Counted from the first letter of the stretch, positions 1 to 13,629 are shown. The stretch is 64,000 bases of DNA from Eledone cirrhosa (GCA_964016885.1 OZ024751.1:11532001-11596000); one strand, 5' to 3'. Notes: generated by a model not told the origin, from the letters alone. Numbers and translations are program-made.

Positions 1-365
1 TTAGTGATATCTTTTGTTATTGTTGATGATGCTGTTGTTGCTGTGGGGATTATTTTGGTATTATTGTATTAATTTGGTATTATTTTGGTATTATTTTGGT
101 ATTATTGTTGTTGTTGTCATTGTTGATATTAAAATTGCTGATGTTGATGTTGTCGGGTTTTTTTATATTTATTTGTATTAACTGTAGAAACAATGTCCTT
201 GTCTATTTAAAGTGACTAAGAACCTGGAAGCAAGCATGGAGGACGGTTTTCCTTAAACCAAAGACCTAGTCAAAGTAATTGTAACAAATGTGAAATCCAC
301 TAAAGGAACGCAATCTTTCAGTTGGGCTAAACGGTATGATGTACTATGCCTGCCGTCATAATGTT

Positions 366-500
366 GGTAGATTGGACGATTCGTCAGAACTCGGATTAGT
401 GCCTAGTATTATATGTTCCGATTACTTATGTTGAGAATATAAGTTTCACCAGGATTAAATTTACTTTTTCATCCTTCTGAGATAAATAAAATAAAATATA
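366..500 (+). mobile_element. Old degenerate copy of the main tRNA-derived SINE
   Basis: Diverged match to the SINE consensus: ggtagattggacgattcgtcagaac head and tttttcatccttctgagataaataaaataaa body. Confidence 0.4.
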
Positions 501-507
501 ACACAAG

Positions 508-790
508 TATGCGAGATGGAATGTCTCTTCCAGTGCGTCTCCCTTGCCGTCCTCCGGGGAAACGCCTTCTCCATTCTGTCCGCCGGGGCTGTGGGGCGGC
601 CAGCACGTAGGACCCCATTTGCTCACTATACAGAGAGATTGGAAGGGCGAGAGAGATGCGGGCAATGCCGATGGGAATTCGGCTCTTTCGTGTTCGGACA
701 CATTGCACCTGACAAGAGTGTATTTTCATACTTGTGACGAACATGGTGAATTCCTATGTATGCATATGTAAGATAAACACACGAGTATGG
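508..790 (+). mobile_element. 3' fragment of a CRE-like (RLE-type) non-LTR retrotransposon
   Basis: GC-rich island; translation REMECLFQCVSLAVLRGNAFSILSAG resembles the C-terminal LFQRxSxAxxRGNA motif of CRE-clade/RLE elements; followed by a probable 3' UTR. Confidence 0.65.
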
Positions 791-1141
791 GAGACAATAT
801 GATCGAAGTTTCCTTTCCCTAAATTGCTGGCTTTGGGGCAAATTAGATATCATTAAGTTTATTACCCAAGAAGGCTACAAGAGTTTTATAACTCAGAACA
901 CAAATATATGGAACAAATGCAACAAGCCGTTTCCTCTGACATTTAACAATTCTGTCAATCCATCGTTTCTGAACTGACATTTAGGTTTATCGAAACCGAA
1001 AGGGTAACATGCAATGTTAATTTTCCGCTGTAATTGACAAGAGACAAGGGGGCAAGGACTTGGAAGAAATAATATACAGGATTATGTCCAAAGTTCTACC
1101 GATTCTTTGAAATCTCTGGTCATGCCAGCAACAATCTAGCA

Positions 1142-1275
1142 CAGCTGTCACCAACCGGTGGTCCCCGAAAATATTTTGGTGTTGCATAGAACATTTTAAT
1201 GTATCTATCTTTATAAAAAATTCATATTAGTGGTCCGCGGGATTTAAAATTATGAATTTAATGGAACGCTGATCC
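1142..1275 (+). mobile_element. Probable hAT-type non-autonomous DNA transposon end
   Basis: cagctgtcaccaaccggtggtcccc resembles hAT CAG..GT..CCAAC TIRs; internal gtggtccgcg subterminal motif; the other end was not found. Confidence 0.4.
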
Positions 1276-1607
1276 AGCAGATCTATGTATAAATATTTTG
1301 CAGCCATGGATTTCTCATCTGTTATTATTCACACAAATTCCCTGATATAACTTTGAGAGTGTTGAAAGAGGGTTTAGGCTAGTATCTTTAGAGTTTCAAG
1401 TCTTTTTTTAGGTCCATAAAATTGTCTTCAACCGCGAACGTCTCGTCATATTTTGACAGATATATTGGCCATAAATATGCAGTGACTAATGTATACTTTT
1501 CTACGATATCGTGCTAATATTTCGCTGGCTGGTGTGTATAGTGTGTATGCATATATGAAAATGATGTTTATTTTAGTAAAAATAAACGAGATGTCCTACA
1601 CGAGTGA

Positions 1608-1678
1608 AAGTATACTTCCCTAAGAATTGAGTACTCTGGTGCGTTATGGTCCACCTGGTGTCTTACCACACCCTCTTT

Positions 1679-1680
<2 letters not shown>
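1608..1680 (+). mobile_element. TA-abutting terminal fragment of PLE-type family A
   Basis: ttgagtact..ggtgcgttatggtccacctg shared with 53300-53364 (same strand) and 6512-6600 (inverted); ends in (TA)n. Confidence 0.6.
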
Positions 1681-1745
<65 letters not shown>

Positions 1746-1759
1746 ACTATATATATATA

Positions 1760-2231
1760 TTGTTATGTGGGTCATGTTGGCAATAAGAAACACACGCACC
1801 AGTTGCTTTCACTTCAATTTATTATGAATTAATATTTTTTCAAAAAATTTATAATTTCCAGTTGGTTGGTTTGTTCCACAATGGGACGTTTGTTCATATA
1901 TTGTTAGACCTGTGCGAAATTCCTTCATTGCTCACATTTCAACCAGGTTTGATGGTCTTTTGTCTCTTGTTCACGATTTCACCGAGTTTATATTCATAGA
2001 AATCTGGGACTTGTCTCTTTCTTCTCACTTTCCGTTGCTTAAACCATTTTGTTTGTTCACCCTAACGTCCCCTTTATTTACGTGTCCCAACGACTTTTTT
2101 TAGCCGTTGTTCGCACCAACCTGAGGTATATGGCCCTTAAAGCGATGAAATGCCTGGGACGGTTGGAGGGTCACTGATGAAGGACTTACTTTTTCATATG
2201 TATCCCATTTGCAACGCGCAGCTCCATTATT

Positions 2232-2232
<1 letters not shown>
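1760..2232. mobile_element. TA-flanked PLE pseudo-LTR-like fragment
   Basis: 1760-1900 matches 7071-7230 and 9287-9400; 1900-2195 is an inverted diverged copy of 6013-6306; (TA)n on both sides. Confidence 0.6.
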
Positions 2233-2271
<39 letters not shown>

Positions 2272-2632
2272 AAGTACACCACACACACATATATATATGT
2301 GTGTGTACATATATATGTGTGTACTATATATAAATATATGTATAAATGGAAGTTTCGTAAAATCGAAGCATCGGCTGTAGTCAACCCAACAAGATACAAC
2401 GAGGAATGTGCTGCCAATCACTCAATGAGGAATCTCAGAGTAATAACATTCGTTAGACGGGATGATAAATTGAAAACTGTGGCAGTCCCGGCCACGACAC
2501 TGAAGCAACGAGAAAACCAACAGGCAAATATAAATGTCTGTGTGTGTGTATACTATATATATATCAAGTAAGTATGTTTTGAAACAGTGAGCGAGTTTGA
2601 AATTAGAAAATATATAGCTTTCACCGTATTTT

Positions 2633-2784
2633 TAACTAAAGGAATTTTAGCTTGATAACGGGGTTTAGAACCCTCAGATAAATGGAAAAAGATGAGTATT
2701 GACGTACATGTACGTCAATACTCATCTTTTTCCATTTATCTGAGGGTTCTAAACCCCGTTATCAAGCTAAAATTCCTTTAGTTA
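2633..2784. repeat. 152-bp perfect palindrome at the end of a TA-flanked insert (2566-2784)
   Basis: 76-bp arms, centre gacgtaca|tgtacgtc at 2708/2709; same family as 6724-6867 and 7571-7714. Confidence 0.95.
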
Positions 2785-2933
2785 TATATATATATATATA
2801 TATATTATAGAAGTGGATGGATACCCCAATCTTTCGGAATGATGAAACCGTCGGTAACAGCATCTGAACAGGTGATTATTTAATCATTTTTTAATTTATT
2901 TATAAAATTGTTTAATAACCGTTTGTTTCGCTA

Positions 2934-2965
<32 letters not shown>

Positions 2966-2969
<4 letters not shown>

Positions 2970-3210
2970 GAAGTTATATTTAATTTGTTGGGATACAACA
3001 AGCAAATATTTTTATAACTGATATAAAGCACTCAACAAATTTTAGGGTATGTCAAAATTCTTTAAGGGTACGTCAATATTTGTTTATAAAACTGATCTAA
3101 TTATATTTTATCTAATGAAAGCGCATCATCATTTGCTTTGGTGTCCTTGATATATGTATAATGAAATAAATATGGTTTTATAAATATAGTTTCCATTTGT
3201 TAATATATTG

Positions 3211-3217
<7 letters not shown>
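2966..3217. mobile_element. Diverged, internally inverted copy of the 36308-36826 family with decayed HHR
   Basis: First ~85 bp match the left arm and the remainder the right arm of the 36.3-kb palindrome; core reads ctaatga...cttgata instead of ctgatga...cttgaaa. Confidence 0.7.
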
Positions 3218-3255
<38 letters not shown>

Positions 3256-3498
3256 AAGGTCAACAAAGAAATATATAAGACGGGAGACGGATATGCAGAC
3301 ATATTAATAGATATATACTAAAAAGAATGAACATACATTGGTGTATATTTCTGTATATGTATTGATCAGATATTAAGATTATCTAAAATGAGGATATTCC
3401 GACAACCTTACCACACGACAAAGACACAACAAAAAATATTTCTCAATCAAAAGAGTTCTTTTTCAATGTATAAAACACCATCAAGTACAGTCTCATCC

Positions 3499-4035
3499 TC
3501 ACATACACACACACATTCCCACACGTACATACATACACAAATTTACACACTTATACCCACACATATACACACACACGTACACACGCGCATATACGTACAC
3601 ACATACACACACATACACATTCACACACGTACACATACAGCCGTACACACACACACACACACACACATACACAGGTACCCACACATGCTCATACACACGC
3701 ATACACACATATACACGTACGCACACCTACATACGTACAAACACATAAGCATATACACACATACACACACGTACACACACACCCGTTCGCGCACACATAC
3801 TCAGGTACACACACATAGTCACATATACGCACATACATACACACTTATACACACATGTACACACGTACACACAATGGCACACACACACACACACATAGCC
3901 ACACATACGCACACACACACACACACTTACAGACATATATACACACACGTACACACATACACACTGGCACACACACACACACACACACACGTACACAGAG
4001 ATACACGTACACAGACACTGAAAAAAACGTACACA
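3499..4035. repeat. Degenerate (CA)n/(TACA)n tract
   Basis: Direct reading. Confidence 0.95.
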
Positions 4036-4549
4036 CAGACTCCATCATCATCACCAGCACTACCAACAACACACATACATGAACTGAAAATATACAGAAA
4101 TTAGATAGTAAAAAAAAAATTGTCTAGCAACAAAGGAATCTGTTCAAAGGCTGATCCCCACTTAGATGATAAGTATAGAGCTATGTCAAAAATCAAGACG
4201 TGTTTTCCAGATCATGTGACCGCAATTTTTCGAAGTTGAACAATGGCATCTATAAAGGGCAAGTCTGCCAACATAATGGTAAAAGATTATTTCAGAAGAA
4301 TAAGAATGGTAAACGCTGCTCTGTTGTCAGCTGCAGTATATAAGTGGAGAGAGAAGCTAAATAAAAGATCAGATAAGATAAGCAAAGAATAAAAACAACA
4401 ACAACAAAAAAACGAAACGAATTGATAAAAATATAGAAAAGGGAAAAAAATAGAAAAAAACAATACAAATGTAAAATGTCTTTTTCTGCGATTGTTTTTT
4501 TTTACTTTTTTGTTCTTGCTCTTGTTATTCACCTTTCGACTTTTACCCC

Positions 4550-4695
4550 ATTCTTCTTCTTCTTCTTCTTCTTCTTCTTCTTCTTCTTCTTCTTCTTCTT
4601 CTTCTTCTTCTTCTTCTTCTTCTTCTTCTTCTTCTTCTTCTTCTTCTTCTTCTTCTTCTTCTTCTTCTTCTTCTTCTTCTTCTTCTTCTTCTTCG
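4550..4695. repeat. (TTC)n microsatellite
   Basis: Pure trinucleotide run. Confidence 0.98.
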
Positions 4696-4919
4696 TCGGC
4701 GCCGTCATCATTAACAATATCATCATCATTATTATTATCGCCAACATCATCATCATCATCATCATCATCATTGCCATCACCTTTCCTTTTTTCCTTCCAC
4801 TTCCTCTTCGTTCATATTTCTGCGGTTACCCCACTCCCCGCCCTGTTTCTAATCCTCTCCAAATATAACAAAACATTATGAAATAAAATTAGAACGAGAA
4901 AGACAACGAAACACACCCG

Positions 4920-5637
4920 ACACCACCTCCACCATTAACAACAACCACAACAGCAACAATACCCACACCACCATCACCACCACTATTATCATTAACAATA
5001 ATAGCAACAACGCCATCACAACCACCATTAACAACAACACCACCATCATCACCACTATCATCGAAACCACTACCATCACTAACAATAACAAGAGCAAAAC
5101 CACCATTAACAATAATGCTTTCTTTATAACAACAACACCAGGACTAACACCACAACCACTCACAGCTACAACAACACCAACAGCACCACCACCATCAACA
5201 ATACCAGCAACACTACCACCACCAACAACAACAACAACAACACCAGCACCAACAGCAACAACAACATCAACACCACCACTACAACCACCACTAACAACAA
5301 AAACACCACCACCACCACCAACAACACCAGCACCACACCAACAGCACCACCACCATCAACAATACCAGCAACACCACCACTACCACCAACAACAACAACA
5401 ACAACACCAGCACCAACAGCAACAACAACATCAACACCACCACCAACAACAAAAACACCACCACCAACACCAACAACACCAGCACCAACACCAACACCAA
5501 CACTACAACCACCACCACCACCAACAACAACAACACCAGCGCCAACAACAACAGCAACAACAACACCAACACTACAACCACCAACACCACCACCACCAAC
5601 AACAACAACAACAGCAACAACAACACGAACACTACAA

Positions 5638-5671
<34 letters not shown>

Positions 5672-5728
5672 CACCAACACCACCACTACAACCACCAACA
5701 ACACCACCACCACCAACAACAACAATAA
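4920..5728. repeat. Mixed (AAC)n/(ACC)n tract with higher-order duplications
   Basis: Direct reading; about 5176-5280 recurs at about 5340-5440. Confidence 0.9.
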
Positions 5729-5941
5729 CGTACCTAGTGTTGAATAATATTTAGTATATTTCAATATTCTTACAATTTCACTCGTTCTCTATCAACATCT
5801 ATTTTCTTCCTTTTCTCCTTCGTTCGTCGTTTCTCATTCCTTACAAAAGTTCACCATTTCTTCTTTCATTTTTTTTTGCATTTTTTACAGTTTACGTTTC
5901 AGGAATCTTTTAAACCCTATATTACTCATACAACTTCTATC

Positions 5942-6004
<63 letters not shown>

Positions 6005-6012
6005 TATATATA

Positions 6013-6306
6013 TGAAAAAGTGAGTCCTTCATCAGTGACCCTCCAACCGTCCTCGGCATTTCATCGCTTTAAGGGCCATATGCCTCAGGTTGGTGCGAAC
6101 AACGGCTAAAAAAAGTCGTTGGGACACGTAAATAAAGGGGGACGCTAGAGTAACAACAAAAAGGGTTTAAGCAACGGAAAGTGAGTAGAAATAGACAAGT
6201 CCCAGATCTCTATGAATATAAACTCTGTGAAATCGTGAACAAGAGACGAAAGACCATCGAACCTGGTAGAAATGTGAGCAAGGAAAGAATTTCGCCCAAG
6301 TTTGAC
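6013..6306. mobile_element. Inverted copy of the 1900-2195 PLE-type fragment
   Basis: Reverse complement aligns by eye along its length with scattered substitutions. Confidence 0.8.
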
Positions 6307-6354
6307 GGGGGGAAAAAAGAGAGAGAGAGAGACAGAGAAAGGAGAGAAGAGGAA

Positions 6355-6385
<31 letters not shown>

Positions 6386-6448
6386 GAGAAGAAGAAGAAG
6401 AAGATAAGGTGGTCTGGTCTGCGAAATCGGTAAACGCAAGTTTTGTGA

Positions 6449-6511
<63 letters not shown>

Positions 6512-6513
<2 letters not shown>

Positions 6514-6706
6514 ACGAAGGAAATGTGGTAGGGAACCAGGTGGACCATAACGCACCAAAGTACTCAATACTTAAGGTAGTAGAGTGGGTAATAGGTACGA
6601 GTAGGACCCCGACGGCTGAGCTCATGCCGTTTCGACGGCTAATTCAGTCCAGAATTAGCCGTCGAAACGGCTTGAGGTCACCGGTCGGGGTCCTACTCGT
6701 TCCTAT
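6512..6706 (-). mobile_element. PLE-type family A fragment ending in a fold-back palindrome (6591-6706)
   Basis: Perfect 20-bp inner arms 6626-6645/6652-6671 around loop agtcca; each arm holds an HHR 3' half (gccgtc GAAA CGGC TT GAG on the plus strand). Confidence 0.8.
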
Positions 6707-6723
6707 ATATATATATAAGTAAG

Positions 6724-7714
<991 letters not shown>

Positions 7715-7791
7715 TATATGTATATATATGTGTGTGTATTGTATAAATATACTTAAATATTCATATATAACTATATATATACACACACTCA

Positions 7792-7859
<68 letters not shown>

Positions 7860-8011
7860 TGAGTCTGTGTATATATATAGTTATATATGAATATTTAAGT
7901 ATATTTATACAATACACACACATATATATACACATATACATAAATATAGAAATATAGTTATATATAAATAATATAATATAATATAATATAATAATATAAT
8001 AAATATATAGT

Positions 8012-8082
<71 letters not shown>

Positions 8083-8083
8083 C

Positions 8084-8121
<38 letters not shown>

Positions 8122-8464
8122 CTATATGTATATATATAATTCTTTCTCATAAATACTCTTGGTTTCTTTCATTATCTTCGTCTTTCTTTGTTTCATTCGC
8201 TATTTCTTCTTTTGTGTGCCTCTATCATCCGCCTTTTGTTCGTTTTATCTTTTATTCCAATTAGCCATTCTCTATTTGTCCTTCATTCATATTTCGTTTT
8301 TCGTCTCTTTCATTCTCTCTTTTCGTTCAATCTTTATATAATTTTGATTTGAATTTTCTTTTTTTTTCTTCTAATCTTTATAGTCTCTCGACGTATTGTG
8401 TTCCATAAACTTTATTCACAAGTGCATATATTTTTTATATATAACTATTTGCATATGTATGTAT

Positions 8465-8601
<137 letters not shown>

Positions 8602-8726
8602 TTGATACATATGCTCACATAGTCACAACACTTTATATCGCATATCTATGTATATATACATATGTTTGCGTGTGTGTGTTTGTGTGCGCGCGTGTGTGTG
8701 TGTGCGTATAATCTGAACGCCCGTAA

Positions 8727-9011
8727 CTTTTATTAGATTTGGATTCACAATCATGAGGTGGTAAGTTCGATTCCAAGACTGTGTGTTGTCTTGTGTCCTT
8801 GAGGCAAGAATATTTATTTCTCCCTGATGCAGTTTACTCAGTTGCTGATATGAATTGCTTCGTCACTGTGTGAAGGTTTATTGGCTTTTGCCTTTTCCTA
8901 TAGACGTGGCGACTGCTAGTCTTCTACAAAACCACCCTTCCATTGCATGTGCTTCAGTGGGGAATTTTCTCTGTGCACAGCCCATGGTTATTCGTTACCG
9001 AAGAGAATCTT
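8727..9011 (+). mobile_element. Second tRNA-derived SINE family (CORE-like body), diverged
   Basis: B box agttcgattcc followed by gtgtccttgaggcaagaatattt, as in 60455-60580. Confidence 0.6.
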
Positions 9012-9201
9012 TATATATATATAGTCCTATTCAGATATGAATACTACCGGACTAGAAATATCGTATTCGTTTGAGATAATCAGGAATACCCTCTACGAAT
9101 ATATTGCGTACCATATGTAGCTGTTGTTTGAGCCCATCCACTTCTGAAAACTATTCTAAATTGTACACACACACACACACACGCGCGCACACGCACACAT
9201 A

Positions 9202-9277
<76 letters not shown>

Positions 9278-9286
9278 TATATATAT

Positions 9287-9540
9287 TGTTATACTTAGGG
9301 AGTGCCATACTGCCAATAAAAATACATGCACCTGTTGATTTTCACTTCAATGTATATGGTTGGTTCGATAACCGGAAGATTGTTTATATATTCTCAAAGC
9401 TCTTTCGTCACACAAACGCAAATTTATAATAAATTGAAGTGAAAAATTACAGGTGCGTGTGTTTTTATTGGCAGCATAACCCTCCCAAATTATAACAATA
9501 TCAAATAAGAAATCTCGCTAAACAAATTAAAAAACGAATA
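9287..9540. mobile_element. Internally inverted PLE pseudo-LTR fragment with HHR 3' half
   Basis: 9287-9351 and 9430-9500 are imperfect inverted copies; minus strand gtgtgac GAAA GAGC TT TGAG near 9393-9412; same family as 7010-7340. Confidence 0.7.
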
Positions 9541-9576
9541 TATATGAATATATACATATGAATATATATATATATA

Positions 9577-10745
9577 ATTTAATACAATAACAGAGATAGC
9601 TTAAAGCTAAATTCTGACTGGTAACCATCTCACTCAACAAACATTAGGTTATATGTTAGTATAAACCTAATTTAAGTGTTTGGGGTGCTAACTATATGTA
9701 TTATGTGGAAAGCCAGTTGTATTATTTTATGAGATATAATTAAAGTTAAAATATATCTCTCTTTCCAAACAATTGTTTCATTATAAGTTTTCTACAAATT
9801 AAGAGAATGTTTCCATTTTATGTAGAAGCCTAACATATATTCATGTAAGAATATATTTAGGTGGGCGCTTATAAATCATCAGTGTAAGCCCATTAAACTT
9901 TGATATAAGAAAAAAATTCTTACCGCAGTTAAAAATCGTGTCTGCTAAGCTGCTCCCTCACGCATCGAATGACCGCCAAATTTGAAATTCCAGCAGTTTT
10001 TGACTCAGGAAGTATTATAGCGTCACGAAGCGGGAAGGGGAGACAACTAATACACGAGAAAAGAAAAAAATAATATTCACGCGGGTTAATTAGTTTTTTC
10101 AAAAAACATTATCAATCCAACGTGTTAAGAACTCAATTGAAATTAAAAAAATAAATGCATGCGTATATTAATTACACACGCATATAGATATTTTCTTAGG
10201 CTAAAAACAGAAGTCGTACCCGAATAACAAACCGCATTTCATAACCGTAGTAATTACAGAAAGTTACGCTTTAAAGGGCAATCGGGAATGTAAATCTCCG
10301 GCCGAATTAAGAGTAACATATTAAATATACGTGGGTTAATTAATTATTTCAAAACTAATATCAATTCCACGTGTTAAGAACTCAATTAATTTAAAAAATA
10401 AAAGTATGCATGTAATTATTTACACAGGCATATATATATTTTCTTAGGCTAAAAACAGAGAAGTGACAACCAAAATCCATCATATCGCACAACAGTAATA
10501 AATACGGAAAGTCATATTTATAAGGTACCTAGAAATAAATACCTCTGGCTAATCAAGAGTAAAATATTTAATACAATAACAGAGATAGCTTAAAGCTAAA
10601 CTCTGACTGGTAACCATCTCAATCAACAAACATTAGGTTATATGTTAGTATAAACCTAATTTAAGTGTTTGGGGTGCTAACTATATGTATTATGTGGAAA
10701 GCCAGTTGTATTATTTTACGAGATATAATTAAAGTTAAAATATAT
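9577..10745 (-). mobile_element. Non-coding retrozyme-like / non-autonomous PLE element: 989-nt unit plus 180-bp direct repeat, with HHR
   Basis: Direct repeats 9577-9756 and 10566-10745 (3 mismatches seen); no ORF of 60 aa or more in the track; (TA)n both sides; HHR at 9763-9887. Confidence 0.8.
9763..9887 (-). ncRNA. Type I hammerhead ribozyme motif with branched stem II
   Basis: TTACA CTGATGA T TTATAAG [two internal hairpins] CTTATAA T GAAA CAATTG TT^TGGAA; palindromic stem III; one stem I mismatch. Confidence 0.8.
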
Positions 10746-10810
10746 ATATATATATATATATATGAAGATATATATACATATAAATAAATATATATATATA
10801 TATATATATA

Positions 10811-11195
10811 ATAATTGTTTCTCTTTTTGGCACAAGGCCAGCAATTACCCAGTACATTACTGGTACTTTATTCTATCGACCCCGTAAGGATAGAAAGCAA
10901 AGTTAACCTCAGCGGAATTTGACCTCAGAACGTAAAGGGGCGTAACTATGCTGTAAAGCATGTCCGACCCTCTACCGATACTGCAAATTCCCGCCCTACC
11001 AATTCACCGCATAATACTAATTGTTTCTACTTTAGGCACAAGGCCAGCAATTACCCAGTACTGGTACTTTATTTTATCGACCCCGTAAGGGTGAAAGGCA
11101 AAGTCAACCTCGGCGGGATTTGAACTCAGATCGTAAAGGGATGTAACTATGCTGGAAAGCATGGCGACCGTCCCTCTACCGATACTGCCAATCCA
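10811..11195 (-). mobile_element. Two tandem copies of the main tRNA-derived SINE
   Basis: Minus strand: A box ttggcagtatcggtag, B box gagttcaaatccc, body ctttcatccttacggggtcgat, tail ccttgtgccaaaa.agaaacaattat. Confidence 0.9.
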
Positions 11196-11238
11196 TTAGT
11201 ATATATATATATATATAGTAATAATAGTAAATTTGAAG

Positions 11239-11383
<145 letters not shown>

Positions 11384-11689
11384 GTGTAAGGAATTCTTTT
11401 ACAATGGAATTAGCTCGAAAGGAAATATTCCTGAGCCGTGTATAAAAGTAATATATATGAGTAATATATATGTTGAAACAGATACCAACATATCTGTATT
11501 TATATTGCAAAAGAAAGTTAGCCAGACTGAAGAATATTAATTATTATACCACAGTTCGTCCACATCGATTTAAAATAATAATAATAATAAATCGACAAAA
11601 ACTAGTTGTGCTGCCAAATGGCAATGATGTTTATACATATTTAAATTTCAAAGTCAAACCTGTTCAGTAGATAAGTTTAAACCTCAAAA

Positions 11690-11752
11690 TCCAAACATGT
11701 TTCGAGATGGATATAAGTGTAGGAATATCATGCCACTGCTCTCCTCAGTAAA
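11690..11752 (-). ncRNA. Minimal type I hammerhead ribozyme motif
   Basis: TTTA CTGAGGA GAG ca GTGG ... CCAT CTC GAAA CATG TT^TGGA; canonical G10.1-C11.1, palindromic CATG stem III, weak G.U-rich stem I. Confidence 0.75.
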
Positions 11753-11903
11753 CATCCAGAGACAATTGATAAGCTTCACTTCTAAATAATTTAAAAGACT
11801 GTGTGACGCACATGGGTTCACAGATTCAGGCTAGTCTCATAACCGTACTGCTAGAAATAACAGTCGTATATATGAGGCGAATTTTAGCTCGACGAAGAGC
11901 CGT

Positions 11904-11954
<51 letters not shown>

Positions 11955-12019
11955 CAGAGGAAATGGAGTATATATTTTGTTTATCTAATAATTCTGTAGA
12001 CATGATTTATAATAATAAT

Positions 12020-12090
<71 letters not shown>

Positions 12091-12308
12091 GAATAGAATG
12101 AAACGAAATTTCATTTCTCACTCTTAGTACGGCACTTACTTAAATGTAAGTATGTATGTATACGTACATACATGTATGTATACAGACGTACAGTAGTATG
12201 TATATATATACATACATGCACACACATATATATATATATGCACGTATCGGTTTACCGATATATATATGTATATATGAAGAGTCATTGCTAATAATCACTG
12301 TGTTTTAT

Positions 12309-13629
12309 TCCGAAACCTATGAGATGCGTCCAGCTACCTCAGGCGTTAAAGTAGGTAAATATTCATTGCACTGTATTGTTCTCCCGTATTTCTTTACCTT
12401 GTTAACCTTTCTCATTGTCATGGAAAAAAACGAATGTTTATGTATGTGTATGTGTGAGTATGTGTGCGTGTTTATGTGTGTGTGTTTATATATGTATATA
12501 TGTGCGTGTAGGTGATTCCTTTAATAAAATATCAAATCCCAAAAAGGACGCATAGTTTCTTTTCAGAATCAGGTCAGACAGTTCTTATTTACGTATTTCC
12601 AGCAGAAACTGTTGTAGTACGTATGATAAATAATAAAGGAGATGATTATTGATGATGATGTTGATGCTGATGAGGATCGAAATATTTAAATTGTGAATAT
12701 TTATATGCAGAAATATAAGTAAGTTTAAGGCACAAACATAAGTATTTAGCGTATGAGAGCATACGTCTGGATATACATTATTTTTCAACGTCCACTGTAG
12801 TCATTCCATAATCAGCTGTTGACTAGATATAATTATTGCGGCGCCTGTGGAGCATCATTTATGGCCACAGTGTAACAGGTTTCTTCACTCCTTTCTGTCA
12901 GTACACCACACCAGGTGTAGATGTAAAGACAACAAACATAAAAAAAAGAGTAGAAACAATTATTAACTGAATAGGAAGGGCAGTGGATTGGCAGAATCTG
13001 TAGAGCGTCGGACACCCTGCTTCGCAGCATAAAGTTACGTCGCTTTATTGTCCGAGTTCAAATCCTACCTAGGTTAAATTTGTTTTTCATCCTTACGGAG
13101 TTGATAAAATAAAGTACCAGTAATGCACTGTGAAAATTGCAGGCCTTGTGCCAAAAATAGAAACAATTCTTAACTGAACAGAAAGGTGGTAAATTTACAG
13201 AGTCCTACTGGCATCAGATTAGAAATGCCTCGATCTTTGTACCTGCTCATTCAACTTCTGATTGCAAATCCCACCTGTCATCAACTTTATTTTTCTTCCA
13301 TTCGAGGTCAATGTTTTAAGTAACTGACAATTCTTTTTTATGTCACTTTCTCCTTCGTATATTTATTTGTATATCAGAAACCGGCTGTATTCCGCCAAGA
13401 TTAAAATGTGTGGGTGATGCTCCTGCAACTGCTTCAATGAATAGGGGTCCCTTACGTTCTTCTATCTACTAACTAAGGAATTCTCCTTTGCTGTACCATT
13501 TGGTATTGGCCTCTTCCCGTACCATAACGATTAGCAATCAATCTTTTTCTTCCTCCCCAAGATACAGTGCAATGAATATTTACCTACTTTAACGCCTGAG
13601 GTAGCTGGACGCATCTCATAGGTTTCGGA
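12309..13629. repeat. 68-bp inverted repeat pair (12309-12376 / 13562-13629)
   Basis: Exact reverse complements by eye; the right copy continues into a decayed HHR-like cagatgaagg...tccgaaac on the minus strand. Confidence 0.85.
12978..13170 (+). mobile_element. Main tRNA-derived SINE, full length
   Basis: gggcagtggattggcag head, B box gagttcaaatcc, tail ccttgtgccaaaaatagaaacaatt; an older decayed copy follows to about 13330. Confidence 0.9.

Noticed and set aside
2115-2200. Hammerhead around ctgatgaagg (also 6020-6095 and 57512-57548)
   Set aside because: CUGAUGA is present but there is no correctly placed GAAA/UH and stem I; not callable from these copies.
4130-4340. Exon or RTE-like fragment in a unique island
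   Set aside because: Stops in all useful frames and no convincing motif.
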